64,000 nt of DNA from Azolla caroliniana (Eukaryota > Plantae > Polypodiophyta), in NCBI GenBank assembly GCA_043228905.1, contig JBHGNT010000020.1, positions 13,950,001-14,014,000 on the forward strand, given 5' to 3'. Shown piece after piece: positions 27,501 to 40,500 of this stretch; within the stretch, counting starts at the first letter, position 1; each line of letters opens with the position of its first letter. The position numbers and the translations under genes are program-made. A model generated the notes under the pieces. It was not told where the DNA came from and did no database searches. It saw only the letters and a program-made list of their open reading frames with translations.

Positions 27501-28905
27501 TCAATTTCAATGCCATTTTCCGTAAGTAAATGACCTAGGTACACAATAGATTTTTGGAAAAAATTACATTTTGAATGTTTTGCATAGAAAGAGTTGTCAC
27601 ACAACTTTTGCAAAACAAATCGAACATGTTGAACATGATCTTGCAAGGTATGACTATATATGAGAATATCATCCAAGAAGACGACAACAAAATCACTGAG
27701 TTGATATCTGAAAACGTCATTCATCGCTTGTTGGAATGTGGCTGGAGCATTAGTCAACTCGAAATGCATGACTAAAAACTCATAATGGCCATAACACGTA
27801 TGAGAAGCGGTTTTAGGAATATCGTCCTCGACAATGTGAATCTAATGATAACTTGTTCATAAGTCAATTTTCGTAAAATATAAGGCCCCATGCAAACGAT
27901 CAATCAAATCATCGGCACGAGGTAAAGGGTATGCATTTTTAATTGTTATTTTATTCAAATGACGATAATTGATACACATTCGCCATGAACTTTCCTTCTT
28001 CTTAACTAATAGAACTTGCACACCCCAAGGTGATTTACTATACCTAATGTGACCCATACTAATGTATTCCTTAAGTTGTTTGGCGATCTCATCCTCTTCT
28101 AATTGACTAAGTCGATAAGGTGGAATGCTCACAAGAGCAACACCAGGGATGAGTTCAATTTGGTTGTCCACATTACATTTTGGTGGTAACGTAAGCGGCA
28201 ATTCGTTAGGAAACACGTCTTGAAAATCGTCTAAACTAGAGTTGAGTAATTGTCGTTCATAATTTGGTAATTGTGTGGCATCAAGATTAAAATAATAAAA
28301 TTGAAGCGCGAGATCAATTATGCACGAATAAATTGATGAACTAGAATACTCATTTAAAGATTTAGAAGACACAAGTGAACGAGAAGGAAGTTTGGAACAT
28401 TGAATAAAATGTTTACAATTATTAAGTTCAAATGTGATTGAGTGATTAACCCAATCAATGGACAAAGAAGGGTTTTTATTAAAAAACAAAGGGTATCCTA
28501 AAATAACATCTGCGGATTGTAGTTTCATAACATGAAAGTCAAGCTTCTCCAGATAGATATCTGTTTGAATTGGCAGTTGACAGACAATGCCAATGATGTA
28601 TTGAACGCCTCAGACATTTGCCATGTGAACTCGATAGATATGATCACTTGCGTTTATGTGGAGTTGCATTTGCTGCACCAAGTGATCATTAGGAAAATGG
28701 TGAGAACAACCGGAATCAAACAAGAAATGTGGTCGTGTTCCATTGATATACCCGACTTCTCGGAGTAAATCATTAGGTCCAAGTAAATGTGAAGGAAAAG
28801 TGCATTCACATGAACTTAAGTGGTTGGTATGAACTTCAATAACATCAAAAGACTCACCTGTGTGACTCGTAGATTTGTCTTGAGGAGGGGTGTTCAATAA
28901 ACTAG
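24214..28905 (-). mobile_element. Decayed Ty3/Gypsy chromovirus, 5'-truncated, with 3' LTR (~24214-25120)
   Basis: Protease (FLFDSGCSH), RT ([20 protein letters not shown]), RNase H (DASDYAIG), integrase (IVSDRDSKFTS), and a chromodomain (FKIKWMDKPIDDATWE). A PPT lies next to the LTR start at 25120. Confidence 0.92.
26642..26906. mobile_element. 265-bp hAT-type MITE inserted in Gypsy pol
   Basis: 8-bp TSD GTGTTCAT (26634-26641, 26907-26914) and TIR CATAGTA.G / C.TACTATG. Removing it restores YRKGSMNTIVDALS. Confidence 0.88.
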
Positions 28906-28909
28906 CATC

Positions 28910-31900
28910 GATGTTTGCTGAAGAGTGGAGATCGATGGACGAAATCACATGACCGACCATCCGGATGCACCTGGCCAAGAATTTCTATTTCAGTATGGCC
29001 AAGGAGACAACGTGATTCTCTTTGTGGGTGAAACTTCAGGCCGTATACGAGAAAAAGTCCTCCTCGTTGAAGCTCATATTGATCTGACAGTTGTTCAATA
29101 TGATGATTATAGAGACGGAACCGGAGACCTCCCACATAAACACCTTCAATCAGGTGTTGTCTGAGCTCTCCTACCAAGGGATTAACTTTGAAGAAGAAGT
29201 TAAAGCCCTTGCCCTCCTTCCGAGCTTGTTGACGAGTTGGGAGGTATTCTACATGACATTCGCCAATAGCTGTCCAAAACTGAATTTGGACAAAACAATT
29301 GGACAAGTCCTCATTGAAGACATTCGTTGAAAATCGATGTGACTCACCATCGATGAATCGGCAGAAGCCCACTACTCGACTGAGTCGATCAAAAGAACCA
29401 TCCGACCAAGAGAACAAGTCGAAAGAACTGATCGAAACACTAATCGGCTGAGGAGGATGGAAGACCGACAATGATTGAAGTCGAGGAATAGTCGATCAAT
29501 TGATTTTCTGCACTCATTGTAGAAAGATTGGTCATAAAGTTTCTAATAGTTGGTCAATTAAAAGAAAGGAGGATGGTCGGCGATTCAATCGAACACGAGG
29601 ACAATTTGATTCAACCTGTTCCCCTACTGACAACCAAGTTAATGTTGCCAAATCTAGGTTTGGAGAAATCCTCTCCTTGGAGGAGTCATTGACCGATGAA
29701 GTCCTATATAGTGCGCAAGATGCGCAAACATGGCTACTGAATTCCGGAGCCACATTTCACGTGACCCCCAACATCGAATGGTTTTCAGATTATTTGGTCA
29801 GAGCCAGCGACACAACCCGACTAGGAAACTGGCAGGAGTGCGCAATTGTTGTGATCAATAAGGTCACCATCGAATTGCCGAACGACAATATTATCACCCT
29901 ACACCAAGTTCGGCATGTACCCGAGCTGAAGAGGATTCTGGTTTCCATCAGCATGCTAGCCGAAGCCAGGTACCAAATGACTCTTAGTGAGTCATCATGG
30001 ATGATTAACAGAGGAAATATGAAAATCGGGAGCTGATGCAAGTACAACAACCTATATCCACTGATGGCGATCAATCCAAAGGGCATAGTGAACGTAGTTG
30101 AATCACCAGATTCAAACTTATGGCATGAACGACTCAACCATATGTCTCAAGCCGGACTGGACCGGCTAATGGCGATCGGTTGCATCCTGAAACTCCAATC
30201 GAAGAAGAATTTCTGTGAGCATTATCGTTATGGGAAACAGACAGGAAGTCCGCACTCTCTTCATTACGAGATGGTATGACATCGTCTAGAACTGGTTCAC
30301 AAAGATATATGTGGCCCTATGCCTAACAATCAACAACAGTTCGGTTTGAACCGAATTGAACCTCAAAACCGCGGCTTAATGGTTTAAACGGTTCGATTCG
30401 GTTTCAACAGTTAAAACCCGCGGTTTAAACTGTTTATCAGTTTTTAATTATTTTTTTAAATTAAAAAATAAAATAAAAAATTGTTTTAAAATAATCTTTT
30501 CATTTTCATGCCTTATTCTGACATTTTGGGAATTTTTAAAATTTTTTCCTAAGCTAGCAACTGAAATCACGGTTTTACGAATTTAATGGCTTAACGATTT
30601 GAAATTTTTTTAATGGTTCGATTTAACAGCTTCGTGGTTCAGTTCGGTTCAGGTTTCAACATCTCTAAACGGTTCCGAACCGAACCGAACCGTTGCCGAT
30701 TGTTACCTATGCCCCAAAGATCACGAGGAGATCACATTCGTAGATGATTGTACACGGAAAGTCTGGGCCTATTCGATTAGGTCAAAAGACGAAGCGCTCA
30801 AGGTCTTCTCTCAGCGGTTAGCCAAAGTGGAGAACTGATCATGACACTAAGTGAAGACACTTCGGTTCGAAAACGGAGGTGAACATACCTCTCGAGCGTT
30901 CAAATAGTACTTATCCGAAAAAGGGATCCGGCACCAAAACATCGTTCCCTACACCCCCATGCACAATGGGGTGATGGAACAGATCAACCAAACGATCCAA
31001 GACAGGGTGGCGGCAATGCTCTAGTAATCCAAACTGAAGTTGGAATTCTTGGACGAAGCATTGCAGACACTAGTATACTTGATAAATCTATCATCGTCGA
31101 GAGCGATAGGGATTGACGTGTCAAAAGCACTATGGTCATGCAGACAACCGACCTACGACAGGCTCCATGATGCGAAGCCTACACATTCATCCCCAAGGAT
31201 AAAAGGACCAATGTGGTGCCCCATGCACTTAAGTGTATATTTCTCGGTTGTGGACTAACGGGGACTTCGGCTATCGACTATGGGACCAAGAGAACCGGAA
31301 ATTGATCCGGCGTAGTGACATATTCTTCAATGAAGACTCAATTCTCTCTGAACGGAACCAATCGAAAAGGATCGACAAAAAGGTCTCCTTCGATATTAAC
31401 AAAGATGTCGTAGAAGGACCGACCCAATGGGCCAAATCAAAGATTCGACAAACGGTCGAAATCAACTGAGCCAACAACTATCCTATCGAATCCGAATCAA
31501 CAAGAGGTCCACCAATCAAAATCGACTTCGATTCGACTGAAAGATTGGCAAATGCCAAACCCGATTAATGAAAATAACATATGGAAGTTGGTCGAGTTAC
31601 CAGCTGGAAGGAAGTCGCTACCCTGCAAATGGGTCTTCAAATACAAACATGTGTCAGATTCACAGAAGCCCAAATACAAAGTCAGCTCGTCACCAAAGTT
31701 TTCAAATAGGAACATGGGGTCGACTACGATGAAATCTTTTCGTCTGTAGTCAAAATGACCACCCTTCGGCTCCCTCTAGGGGTTGTGGCGACGGAAGACT
31801 TGGAGCTAGAGTAGCTCGATGTCAAAACGACCTTCCTACATGAAGATCTCGACGGAGACATTTACATGTCTCAATTGGCAGGCTTCCGGCGATGGGGGAG

Positions 31901-33706
31901 CAAAGTCACCTCGTCTGCAAGCTGGAAAAGAGCCTATATGGCCTAAAGCAAGCGTCGAGAATGTGGTATCAGAAGTTCAATGCCTACATTTGGTAGCTTA
32001 GTTATAGACGGTCGGACTCTGATCCATGCATGTACATTTAGCAATTGGTCGACGAGTCCCAGATCTACTTGATCCTATATGTCAACGATATGTTGATTGT
32101 AGGGAATAATCGAAGCAGAAATCGGATGACTAAAGTAGAGCCTTCATGATAAATTCGCGACGAAGGAACTCGGACAAGCACGACATATCTTGGGCATGAG
32201 GATCGAGAGAAATCAGATGACAACTTGTCTCTTCGGCTCTCCTAGTCCGACTATGTCCAGAAGGTACTAAAATGGTTTAACATGTAGAACACAAAGCCAA
32301 CCCTGACTCCGCTTCCAACGTCGACATGACTAACGGACGAGGACTCTCCTTTGACTGACAAAGAGAAAGCGCTCAATGGAAAGATACCCTACCCATTGGC
32401 CGTAGGAAGTATCATGTACGCAATGGTGGTGACCTGACCTAAACTTGCATATGTCATAGGAGTTGTTAATCGATACATGTTGAACCCAGGACGAAAGCAT
32501 TGGGAGGTCGTCAAGCACATCTTCAAGTATCTAAGAGGAATCGAAGATGTACAACTGACTTTCGGATTGGCAAATCCGATCAAACTCGAAGGCTACACCG
32601 ACTCTAACAATGTTGACAATCCAAACAATCAAACTATGTATTCACCTATGGTGGCACCGCCATATCATGGAGATCGAAATTGCAACAGTGCACGATCCTA
32701 TTGACCACATAGGCCGAGTACATTGCCGCGTCGGAAGCAACGAAGGAAGCAATCTGGTTGCACTGACAATCGGCCGAGTTTTTGGCTACAAGCCAAATGG
32801 ATCATCCAACGTCGATCATCAATTGCGATTCATAGAGTGCAATACACTTCATTTGGAAACATGTCTACCATGCGAAGACGAAATATATGAGGTGCGGTTC
32901 CATCATATTCGGGAGCTCGTAACGAAGAAGAAGCTTGAAGTTTGGAAGATCAACACCAAGGTGAACATCGTCGATTGCTTGATGAAGCCGCGCCCAGATC
33001 AACGCTTCAGAGCACTCAGGGCAACGATGGGACTATGGCAAGCGACCAAGCAGAAGAGAGTCGAACAAACAATCACAATAGGTAAGTCGAAGACCGACTC
33101 GATCGGTTGAGCGTGTATTTGGAGCAGACGATCTACTAGAGGCCGAGAGTTGAAATTAGACATGAGCCGATTCGAACGAACGAGGCAACTCGGACACAAG
33201 CCGATCCAAACGAGTCGATCCAACCGGCCCAGTCCGGCCGAACCGGATAACATACGATCTGTATGATGTCGAATTAGGCTAGATTTCGACTATACCTCCG
33301 CTAACTCGACTGAATGCCGATGAACTTGTATGTATACACTTGTAACTATAGATTAGACTTTAGATCTAGGTTCACAAGGGAGATAACCCCAATTATTTGT
33401 ATACATACGAAGAGTAGCCCTTTTTTGGGGGAGTTTGTTGGCATAAAAGGTTGACTCCTTCCACTTTGTGTTCTTCGTGTCTTCGTGTGAACACGTCGTC
33501 AAGTTAGGGCTTTTGTATGTATAAGCCCAATTGTAACATTGTAGAGAGAGAGAGTTTTACAGAAGACAATAGCAAAGCCTCCATTTGAGCTAAATCATGT
33601 CTATCTCATCTTCTACCTTCTTGCATATCTATATTCCGTCTGTGTTGCTTGATGTACACATCTTCTTACAGGTCCTCACATATACTTCCGCATATCATAT
33701 TTAACA
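28910..33706 (+). mobile_element. Decayed Ty1/Copia element, 5'-truncated, with 3' LTR 33436-33706
   Basis: Gag knuckle (CTHCRKIGH), protease (WLLNSGATFHV), GAG-pre-integrase (LWHERLNHMS), integrase, RT, and RNase H (EVRFHHIRE). PPT GGGGGAG precedes a TGTT...AACA LTR. Confidence 0.92.
30324..30705. mobile_element. Non-autonomous hAT-type MITE (AACCG-rich family) inserted in Copia integrase
   Basis: Perfect 8-bp TSD CCTATGCC (30316-30323, 30706-30713). TIRs TAACAATCAACAACAGTTCGG / CCGAACCGTTGCCGATTGTTA. It interrupts the VHKDICGPMP motif. Confidence 0.92.
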
Positions 33707-33739
33707 CTTGTTATTTTTCATATTTAAAGTTCATCTAAA

Positions 33740-34240
33740 ACTATGCCTCCAATCCCCAGTAGTTTTGGGACAAAACTTTTGCAATTCATATAACAACAAT
33801 TGTTTCCAAGGTTTTGATCCTGCTAACAATCCTTGAATCACCAATTTTGCAAACAAAGCTTCGAACAGTTGTAATGGATCTACAATCCCTAATCCTCCCT
33901 AATCCAATGGGCCCTTAACAATCGTGAACCAAGAGACATTTGCCCTGTCATAACTTCCATCATTACCATACCACAAATAATTCCAGATCAATCTTTGTAA
34001 TTGCCCCATACATGATCTGGAAAAACTCCAACATGACATAATATACCATAGGCTAGACAACAAAACTTGATTAACTAATATCACTCTACTTGCAAATGAT
34101 AGTTTAGCTTTACTCCAAAACAACAATTTTTTCCTAATTTTCAATAACAACGAAGCAACTTGAATTTCTAAAGAAATATTCAAGTTGACTTGGCATCCCA
34201 AATAGTGCCCTCATGAATCCATCCAAAATCTAGATGCGAA
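33740..34240 (-). mobile_element. Older L1-type LINE ORF2 fragment
   Basis: KIRKKLLFWSKAKLSFASRVILVNQVLLSSLWY...GGLGIVDP is homologous to the post-RT region of the neighbouring LINE. Confidence 0.85.
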
Positions 34241-34513
34241 ACATTATTATGATTAGTTTTGTCTCTGCCTCTTTTTCCACTTCGTCTTATCTCATTTCCT
34301 TTTCATTTCATTCTTCTTCTAGATACAATATGATATGTCTCAAACTCATATTATAATGAAGTAAATAGATATAGAACTCTATAATCAACTATAGTTTTTG
34401 GGGACTTGAAGTGACAACGTTAAGATTAAAATCTTTGATCTCTTTGCCCTCTCCTTAATACATGTACAACACAAAAATATATGATATATGCAAATAATGT
34501 TTTCCTACATAAG

Positions 34514-37500
34514 TTTTTTTTCCAAAAGAGAATATACTCCATTAGTTAAAATATACATGAACACGATCCCTTTCTCAGTTAGGCCGTGCCAAGATTATCC
34601 TAGCCTACATACGAGATCTCACTTATTTATCTTACACTTTTACATATGACTCAAGCCATCCTTTCAGATACATCACCTACCTTCACTATCCCACTTGCCA
34701 TGTCTTTCACGCCCCTCGTTCAACTAATGGGAGGGGGAAACAACCATCTGGGTACATCATACTTCCATAGTATATCCATTCCATTTGTTGCGGCCATCGG
34801 TGTCGTACACCATCTTTTTTGAAAATTCAGCCTCATTAGGTCTGCAGCATCATTAGTACCATTAATCCGCTCATATTGAGCTCTTAGTGTAGTTATGAGT
34901 GTGTGCCAAATTAGCTTAATCGATTCAGCTGGAGGGCGTTTGTGTGCGGAAAATACCCTGGTACACCTTGCTGTCCATATATGCCATATAGTAATGGGGG
35001 CAAGCAACATCCAAAGATCTTCAAGTTTTTGATTCTGTACACAAGTTGTAGGTACCCCGTTGTCAGGGATCATCCGAACAATGCCATTCTCCCCTCTGTA
35101 CTTAGCATTGCATGTGCTATCGTATGTCGCCACATCAACGTCAAGACACATCCAACAAGCATGTCCCCAGTTGAGGGTGAACGAACTAGAGGCATGGCAA
35201 AGCAAACGAAGTGCCCTTCCCCATACAGCCATTGCATCGCGACATTCCCATAGACAATGGGAGATGCTTTCTATCTGTCTACATACAGTACATCTAGGGT
35301 CTACATTGGGGCCTTTACCCCACGTCCCTACCAGCAAGGCTCTATGTGCAATAAGCCATAAACACATCATTATCTTGCGGTCATATTTGTCATGCCATAT
35401 CATTTTCCAGAATTTATCTAGTCTCCTTTCACTTATGCCCTCCTGCATCCAAAATTTCCTTGCCGCAACCTTGTCATGTTTTTGTTCTAGAAGAATTTGC
35501 CTCCCAATCTTCGTGTTATACTTGAAAAATTGAACCAGCTTTTCCCCATCAGTTTGTCCTTGAGTTCTCCAAAAATACCTGGCTGGGTCCCATGATAATT
35601 GATCCAAATGCCCTTCTATAGGCCAACACACTGTCGTCGGTGTGATCTCCCTTGGCTTAGGGTCAATAATCATATTCTTGCCAGTTTTTACGATCAACCT
35701 AATCGGCTTTTCTCTTTGAAAGACTGGTTGCTCACCTCTTGCCCTTCCGTGCTCTAGTTTGTAGTAGCATACCTTGTTCGATTCTACTTTCATTCCCTTA
35801 ATGCCAATTAAACAGTTTTCAGCATCTATAAGACCTGTCCACGCAATTTCAGAGGTTGTTACTTCTTCCTCTTCCAAGGTATTCTTGTAGCATGCAATGG
35901 CATCTGTAATTCTCTTGAGCATGCCTTTACCCCTGCTTATTCTCCATATTCTAGCCTTTTGAGTGCCCACCTCATTGGACAAAAACCTCTCCCACTCCAC
36001 TAATGCATTCCCTTGGGCATTGATTAACTCAACCCATTTGAAACCTGTTTTTTGGCCTATCATCAGCCCATCCACATCTCTAATCAATGGGTTCCACACA
36101 ATTGGCATGTATATCCGCGCATATGCATCATTTCTCCACCTACATATTATTAGAGATTAGGTACTAAAGTAAGCATAAAATAAGGATATATCAATGATAG
36201 ATCTAGAAAGAAAAGAGAGAAAAGAGAGAAAGAAGGGTGCCGATCCACCCGACCACCCCCGAGCGAAGGGATCGAGACGGACTCGAGCCTCGATCGGCGT
36301 CCCATACCACCGCCTTGGCGTCGAGTCGTACCTGGACGATAGCGCGCTTGCTACAAGAGTCGTTCCACTCACGGACAGAGTCTCGACGTAGTCAATGCAT
36401 GCCCAAATGAGGGTAGCTAGGCCTCTTATTTATAGTAATTCTCAAGGCCCCCAGCCATGTTCACACTTGGCCTCATGGGTTGTCTCAATCCCGAGGATTA
36501 AAAGTAATCCTCCCCTTCTTTAGACTCTTTGTTTAACCCTCACACTTATCCACGTGTATAGAATACTACGACAATTCTCACCACGGGATATTATATGGTC
36601 ATGCCCGTAACATACTCCCCCTCTTTAAAACATTGCACTCTTGCAATGGAAAGTTAGGGAAGTTAGTTCTTAGAGTCGTTTCGCGTTCCCATGTGGCATC
36701 TTTGATTGATTTATCCATCCATTTTATTTTAAATTCTCGGATTTCCTTAGCACGTAATTTTTTTGTTTTAACATCGAGAATTCTTTCTGGTACATGTGGT
36801 TTAGAAGATAAATCTTCAGAAGTAACCAGAGTTTCAGTTGTAACTGTATTGTCGGCAGAACCTAGAAGTTCTTTTAGACGACTTACATGAAAGACTGGAT
36901 GGATTCCAACACCATCGGGAAGAGCGAGACGATAGGCTGATGATCCAATGCGTTTGAGGACTGTAAAAGGTCCACAAAACCGTGGGGCTAACTTAGCGCA
37001 CTTACCCGTAGACAATGTCTTAGAATTGTGAGGTACACGTAAAAATACCTTCTGTCCAGGGCTGAATACACGAGGTTGCCTGTGATGATCGGCATAAAAA
37101 CGCGCTCTATCTTGAGCTGTTTTTATATTATCCCGTGCAATATGCAACATATCTTGCATATCCCGAAGAAAGTTTTGCGTACTTCGCAACTCATCATGAT
37201 GTATATTAACATCAATCGGGGCTCGTGGCTGAAATCCATACATCAACATAAAAGGACTATATCCCGTCGACGTATGCTTGGAGCTGTTATAAGCAAACTC
37301 CAAAATTGGGAGGTAACGTTCCCATTTTGTTGGTTTTGCACCAACGTATGCTCGAAGCATGTCCTCAATAATTTGATTTACTCGTTCTGTCTGTCCATCG
37401 GATTGAGGATGATCCGTGGAGCTCATGCTCAACGTAGTTTCTAACTTCTTAAAGACTTGCGTCCAGAAGTCACTAGTAAACTTCGGATCTCGGTCACTCA

Positions 37501-40500
37501 CGATATCCATCGGTAACCCGTAAAAACGAAATAACTCATCAACGAATTGGTAAGCCAATTCAGGAGCTGTTACCGTGGTTTTAGTAATCCTCCCCTTCTT
37601 TAGACTCTTTGTTTAACCCTCACACTTATCCACGTGTATAGAATACTACGACAATTCTCACCACGGGATATTATATGGTCATGCCCGTAACACATATGAT
37701 CCCCTTTCTGATTTCTTGCCATGCTTTCATAATTCCGATAGCACAAAGACTCTGCATACTTCCCCAATATTTGGACCTCATTTCTGGCAGAAAGCCCCAA
37801 AATGGGCTGCTAGGCCAACATCCACCTTGTCTTGGCAGCCACATCTTCCATCTACGCCGCCATAGAACTTTCCAAGGTGCCTCAGGAGGTTGTAGGCTCC
37901 GGACCACTAGTTTGCCTAGCAAGGCCTTCGTTTGCATCACGGGATCTATCAATCCCACCCCCCCTTCACTTTTCCTTTTTATAAGTGTGGTCCAAGCAAT
38001 CTTTGCAACGGCTTGTTTTTCCTCTGTGCCCTCCCATAAGAAATTTCTAATGATCTTTTTTATCAATTTCATCGACTTGGGCACGATTATCCAGCATGCA
38101 ACAGTGTGCCATATAGTGGCCATTAGAATCTGATTTGCAATCACAATCTTTCCCGCAAAGGATAGTTTTCTTGCATTCCACCATATTAGCTTCATTTTTA
38201 TTTTATCCACTAGTAAATTGTAGTGTTCTGCCCGATCAATGTCCATAGCAATTTTGAAGCCCAAGTATCTAGTAGCTTCTCCTTTCCTCAACCATCTAAA
38301 ATTGGGGTCGGGGACCCAGTTTAACATGGGTTTATTACTGATCCAAATGCCCACAGATTTATTCCAATTTATTTTAGCATCGGATCCCCTACAAAACTCA
38401 TCAATTGCATTTTGCAATCTGCCCAAGTTGTGTGCATCACCTTTGACATAGGTCATTGTGTCATCAGCATATGCCGTATCAAGCACCATAACTTCAACAT
38501 CGGGTAAGGTAAGGCCTTGTATTTGCCAAGATCTATCAGCAATTTGATAATGCAAAGCTTCTGCTGCAATTATGTATAAATACGGGGCTAATGGGCATCC
38601 TTGGCGTACCGAATGTAGCATCTTAAAGCTCTTCCCCATACTTCCAGCCATTAACACTTGGCTGGATGCACCTCTGTAGAAGGCACCCATTCCACGGATC
38701 CATTGTTGTTCAAAACCTAGGGCTGCCATCACTGCTTCTAGGAAATCCCATGAAATCCTATCATATGCTTTTTCGAAGTCAAGTAGCATTACTGCTAGGT
38801 CCACTTCTTGCTCCTCAGCCCATGCTGAGTATTCCCAGAATGTTATCACATTGTCCACAATACTCCGGTTTTCCAAGAATCCAGTTTGCGTTGTATGTAT
38901 AATGTCCCCAAGTACCATTTTCAATCTCTTACTTACGACTTTGGCCATTATCTTATATGCATTGGTGAGGATCGTCAGTGGTCACCAATTATCAAGCGTT
39001 GCTAGGTCTTTACCAGCCTTGGGTATTAAATAAATCATGCCTCTACACATTGTTGTGGGCATTAGTCCTTCTACCATAATGTGTTGCATCCCTGCCAGCA
39101 TGTCATCCTTAATTAGATCCCAATACTGGATGTAAAAGTATAGAGGAAGTCCATCAATTCCTGCACAGCTTTGTTTGTTCATATCCCCAATAGCATCCCA
39201 CAATTCATGCATACCTATAGGGGTATTTAGTTGGTCCATCATTTGAGCCGTAACTTTCCTTGGTATCCTCTTTATTATATTTCTAAAGGCAACCTGATGA
39301 ATCAGATCCTTATTGCATACATTTAGTAGTTGAGTATAATAGCTTGTGGCTATTTCAAGCATTTCCTCTTTGCATGAGGTCATTGTGCCATCTGTCTTTT
39401 TTAAGCATGAAGGTTGAAACCCAGATCCTTTACATTTAACACCTTTAAAAAAACCTTTAGTAACCCGATCTCCTACCCTCATCCAGCTTGCTGCCCTACT
39501 TCGATAGGCATAGGTACTCCTAAGTTTTTGGTACCTCTCTAATTTGCTTTTGGCCTCCTCAAGTTGCGCCTCAATCCATACATTATGTGGGTATAATTCT
39601 CTTAGTCGTTGCATAGAAGCAAGTGACCATTGCATTCTCTGCATTTTCTCTCTTATCTCTTTTCTAATTTCAATCGCTTTTTGTTGAAAAAACCCTGCAC
39701 ATGCCTCAAGTTTCCCAGCCAGCCTATGAGCAGGGTCAAGGTACCTCCATCTGATATCATACCATATTTTCCGTATATCATCGGTCCATTTAGTATCCAT
39801 AACCAATTCCTTACACACATTCACATTATGTGGCTTGCATCGATTGTTTTCTTGTATGTGTAACAGAACTGGGGCATGATCAGAGAACATTGTACCCGGG
39901 CAAATAATGCATCTACCTTTCCTATCCATGAGTCAAGGGTCCAAATACCATCTGTCCAGCCTAGACATCGTCCTCCCGTGCACACTTCCTCCTACTCTAG
40001 AGTAGCGAAGAGATTTTTCTTTTTGCATTTGAAAGTTAGGGGCATTCCAACAATCTATCACATTATATGCTAAACAAAACTTATCCCATGCATTCTTCTC
40101 TACCCCCTGTACCGTTCCATTTGCATTGCCTCTTCTATCTTCTGGATGCTCCACCATATTAAAGTCTCCTCCAATGATCCACAACTCAGCATCTGGTTTC
40201 TTGGCCACTAGTTGCAACCAGAATTCTTGTCTTTCAGCAGCTGAATTTGGGGCATAAATGTTCAATATGCCCAAGTGCCCACAACTGTGTTTTATCCTTA
40301 TGTAGACAGCACGACCCTCTATTAAACTACCCATGCCTGTACAGTCAGCAATAAACTTAGCTTTCATAGCTATAAGTACTCCCCCCTGAATCTGCCTATC
40401 TCCCGTAGCTGCTGACCATGTATTGGTCCAATTTCCGGGGCAAATGCTTCCTATTTTATCGATCTTGTCCCCATCTAGATGGTGCTCCTGCACCAAGATA

